Shown here: one piece after another, positions 60,836-64,000 of the stretch
Position numbering within the stretch: position 1 is the stretch's first letter
Layout of the letters: every line of letters begins with the position of its first letter
From: Phoronis australis
Taxonomy: Eukaryota > Animalia > Phoronida
Reading direction: 5' to 3'
Assembly (NCBI GenBank): GCA_002633005.1
Contig: NMRA01000196.1
Coordinates: forward strand, 289,824 to 353,823
DNA length: 64,000 nt
Position numbers and translations under genes: made by a program
The notes under the pieces: model-generated
The model's input: only the letters and a program-made list of their open reading frames with translations
The model's database searches: none
Told to the model about the DNA's origin: nothing

Positions 60836-60905
60836 CGCTGAGTGGTGTAGTGGTAAGGTTGACGACTCGAAACTCTTGCAGACCGGGTTCGAAACAGGCC
60901 TCGGT
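60836..60905 (+). mobile_element. tRNA-derived SINE head or tRNA pseudogene
   Basis: A box TGGTGTAGTGG, B box GGTTCGAAAC; arms do not fold into an intact cloverleaf. Confidence 0.55.
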
Positions 60906-61488
60906 TCCTGCCAAAATGTTGCTCACGAGATAACTTCGCATGTGAGAAAACTTTTTAGCTTTACAACTATGATGCAAATATTTCAACAAAAATATTCCAA
61001 TCATTTAACGAGATATCGGGTGATTTGGTTGCATAGTATGAAGAATAGATTTGGCAAACTGTGTTTGCTGAATACGAAATAAGAAAGGACGAATAAAATG
61101 CTTAGTGGCGAGATACTTCTACATACGATGAAAGAGATCTGTTGCTTTCTACCAAGTTCCTAAAATACGCACTACTGTTCGAAAATGCGCCCGGGCGCGT
61201 ATTCGTTGTTGAAATGTCGTTTTTCTTATAACCCCACATGGGCGTATTTTCAGAAATTACTGGTAGTAGCTGCAGCTGCAACACACACTCCAGTACATGC
61301 TAACGTTGCCGCTATAGCAACTCTATTGTCAACAAAGATGCATTAGGGTTACATTACCTAACCTTATACAGATAAGGCTATGGGTTCAATCAAATGCCTC
61401 CCTTAGCTTTAAAACTAAATATTTTAGGAAAGTATAAAGTCTTTTAGATTTGAATTTTGATTTTATAACAATAACACCTAAGGAGGCA

Positions 61489-61761
61489 CTGAACATTTAG
61501 GCTGCGGCCGCGGCCAATTTGCACTGCCAAAATATTAAAATTTTGGGGTAGGCCAAGTTTGGGAGCATTTTGTAGGTAGGCGTTGCATGTAGGCTCAATG
61601 AATGTGGTTTGTTTGTATTTGTGAACATGCTGAAAATGAAAAAGGCCACTTTCTCGGCTGTAGCTGCACTCTTCTTCAAAATGTTGGCCCCCTGTTGCAA
61701 TTTTGCATTGCTGTGTAGCAACTGAGAAATTGGCCGCGATTTCAGGTAACCTGTCAAACAA
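61489..61761 (-). repeat. About 270-bp interspersed repeat, copy 2
   Basis: Reverse complement of 28876-29142. Confidence 0.85.
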
Positions 61762-62109
61762 GGTTTAGGGATGTTTATAATCAATTACATTTCATTGCTT
61801 TTAATGACAGACTTGACGTCAAATGCTTCAAGAATGTATACTAGAAACTATCATTTATTATGCAACTTTCACTCTCTGTGTGTTCAGTCTTTCTTTATAA
61901 CCCATCCTCTCTTCCTCTCTTAACCACAATGTATATGTATTTGGGCATGAATCATTTCTTGGAACTGAACAGATGTATGTATCGTGTAGAACGCAGTTTG
62001 ATTAAATATATCGAAGCATCAAGACGCTCTCTATCAGCTCTCTGCTCAGCACATCGAGCCACCTCATCTAGTTAACCCGCTAATACCCCACATTTTGGAC
62101 CCCACATTT

Positions 62110-62740
62110 TGGTGCCGTGGCCATGGACAAGGAAGAGAAGATCAAACTCCTCAGAGTCAAGAGAGGGACACAGAAAGGACAAATAACGCAGCTTAAACAC
62201 AAGTTGGATACAGCACTGCATGAAGGTGACCATCACAAAGCTCGTGCGATTTCATATCTCATCGCCGAAAAACTGCAGACTGTCATCAACATCAACGCGA
62301 ACTGCAGCCTCTCCTACTGCCAAGTGATATGGAAGCCGAAATTGACGCTGATGAACACTACATCACGGACATTGAGCTGGCCATAGCTCTCATTCCCGAA
62401 GCTGAACCAACTGCATCACCGCCAACAGTGAATGCTCCGACTCCAAACGCAAACAACATTCACTTGCCGAAACTAGAATTCGCAAAATTTTCGGGTGACT
62501 ACCCGTGGGTGATTACCCAACATTTTGGGATATTTTTTATTCGTCCATTCACAACAATTCAAAACTGACGGATGTCCATTAGTTCCAGTACCTGCAATCT
62601 ACACTGCAGGGTGCTGCCAAGGATGTCATCAGTGGACTGCAAATTACGGCAGCAAACTATCATACGGCTATAAGCCTACTGCAGGAAAGATTCGGCTCGC
62701 CGACGAAACTCAAAAGCGAACTGCTAAGAAATTAGTATAC
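62110..62740 (+). mobile_element. Second BEL/Pao element fragment: PBS plus frameshifted gag (DUF1759-type)
   Basis: TGGTGCCGTG at 62110 (complementary to the tRNA-His 3' end); MDKEEKIKLLRVKRG..., LPKLEFAKFSGD, FWDIF..IHNN, FQYLQSTLQGAAKDVISGL..NY..A..LLQERFG across frames. Confidence 0.85.
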
Positions 62741-62741
62741 A

Positions 62742-64000
62742 TGTGTTTTTATGGTTATTGCTCCTAATTTGAGATAAGGTCTTTAAACCGATTGAGGTTT
62801 GCCAATCTCGTATCTGAGGGTCCTCCTTCAAACATTGTCATGGATGACTGGAATCAAGTGAGTTTGCGTGCTGCCAGTTGCAAGAACAAAAAATTGAGAT
62901 TGCCGAGTTTTCTCACAGGTGTGATAACTATATTGGAATGTGTTTATATCCTGTCGTTACATAATATTCTATCATGTTGTTGTTTATGGTTTAGTGGTTC
63001 CTGTTTTGTAGTCAGTACTCTATTAGTCATATATTCCTAGAACCTATTGACATCCTGTACATTTCTGTATATACATGTATTCTATTATTTGTTGATATCA
63101 ATACACTTTTAGTTCGACAGCCAACTGGGCACAATCTTTGTTTTACTCACGACTTTACATGGTAGCAGAGCAAGGTTGAAATGTCTTCAACTGTTAGCTA
63201 CAAGAACCCAGCTAGGTTTGGGGAAAACTATCAGGAATGGGAGCAAGAGATAGAACTGTGGAAGAGGGTAACTGATTTACCTGGTGAAAAATAGGGCCTA
63301 GCGGTGAGTTTAACTCTCACAGGGAGAGCGCGGGAAACTGCACTGCAACTGGAGGCCAAGCACCTAGAGAAAAAAAGTCTAATAACACTAGTGGGAGAAC
63401 TAGATAAGATCTATCTTACGGAGAGCAAGGACTATGCTTATGAAGCATACAAACATTTTGACACCTTTATGCGTAAGGACGGTCAGCCAATTAGTGATTT
63501 TATTTGTGACTTAGACGGCTTAAATAAGAAGTGTCACAAATATTACCTGTTTTTGCCGGATGCTGTTCTAGCATTCAAGCTTCTGGATGGGGCAAATCTC
63601 AGCAAAACAGAGAAACAAATGACACTGACGGCGTGTACGAATGTATGAAAGTATGAAATCGGCACTTCGGCGAATTTTCGGAACGTATGATATTAAAAGT
63701 GAGGCATCAGAGGGCGTTGCATTAAAAGATGAAGTCCTCTATGGGAAGTGTAGGAGAGCTCCACAGACAGCCAAAACAGATATGACACAGAGGGGAACGA
63801 ACCCATTAAACAAATATGGCAGAAGAACACCCCGCAGGATCTGCAATTCTGTGTTTCATTGGGCTAAAGACTGCCCAGAGAAGAAACAAAATCATGTTGA
63901 CTGGTCACTGGACAATGACACTGTTTTGCTGACAGAAACCAAGAACTATGCTATTCTTGACACGGGGTGTTCAAGAACAGTATGTGGGCAAAACTGGCTG
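62742..64000 (+). mobile_element. Ty1/Copia LTR retrotransposon, GalEa-like (5' LTR, PBS, gag-protease), runs off the window
   Basis: LTR ends CA at 63159 (start approximate); PBS TGGTAGCAGAGC at 63160-63171 (tRNA-iMet); gag from ATG 63181 (YKNP..YQEW..EIELW..VTDL..LTGRARE, LPDAVLAFKLL), Zn knuckle remnant ICNSVFHWAKDCP, protease AILDTGCSRTVCG; in-frame TAG at 63292 and a frameshift near 63645. Confidence 0.9.

Noticed and set aside
60836-60905. Functional tRNA gene (also 32028-32100)
   Set aside because: Box motifs are present but the stems do not pair into a cloverleaf; SINE head or pseudogene.

Overview
AT-rich, repeat-dense eukaryotic DNA, most likely from an aquatic or marine invertebrate (GT-AG introns, GalEa-type Copia and BEL/Pao LTR elements, Helentron-like and MITE repeats). 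I see no bacterial operons, rRNA or CRISPR. The main result is a 9-exon + strand gene, assembled by hand: join(36919-37071,48419-48592,51278-51481,53226-53546,53827-53973,54519-54662,57574-57639,58179-58358,59136-59306), 519 aa. It encodes a protein with no signal peptide, an N-terminal stonustoxin-like MACPF/CDC pore-forming domain (signature THY-X6-GG), a helical middle region and a C-terminal synaptotagmin-type C2 domain. This makes it a candidate intracellular perforin-like pore former. All 8 introns are phase 0. Intron 1 carries an old sense-oriented BEL/Pao retrotransposon inserted 8 nt after the splice donor. Paired repeat copies show that the over-represented TACATGTA octamer corresponds to 6-bp indels at TA sites, consistent with Tc1/mariner excision footprints. 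A possible second gene starts on the - strand near 6.65 kb. The right end holds a BEL gag fragment cut off by a GalEa-like Copia element. All domain assignments come from motif recognition by eye; no database searches were run.
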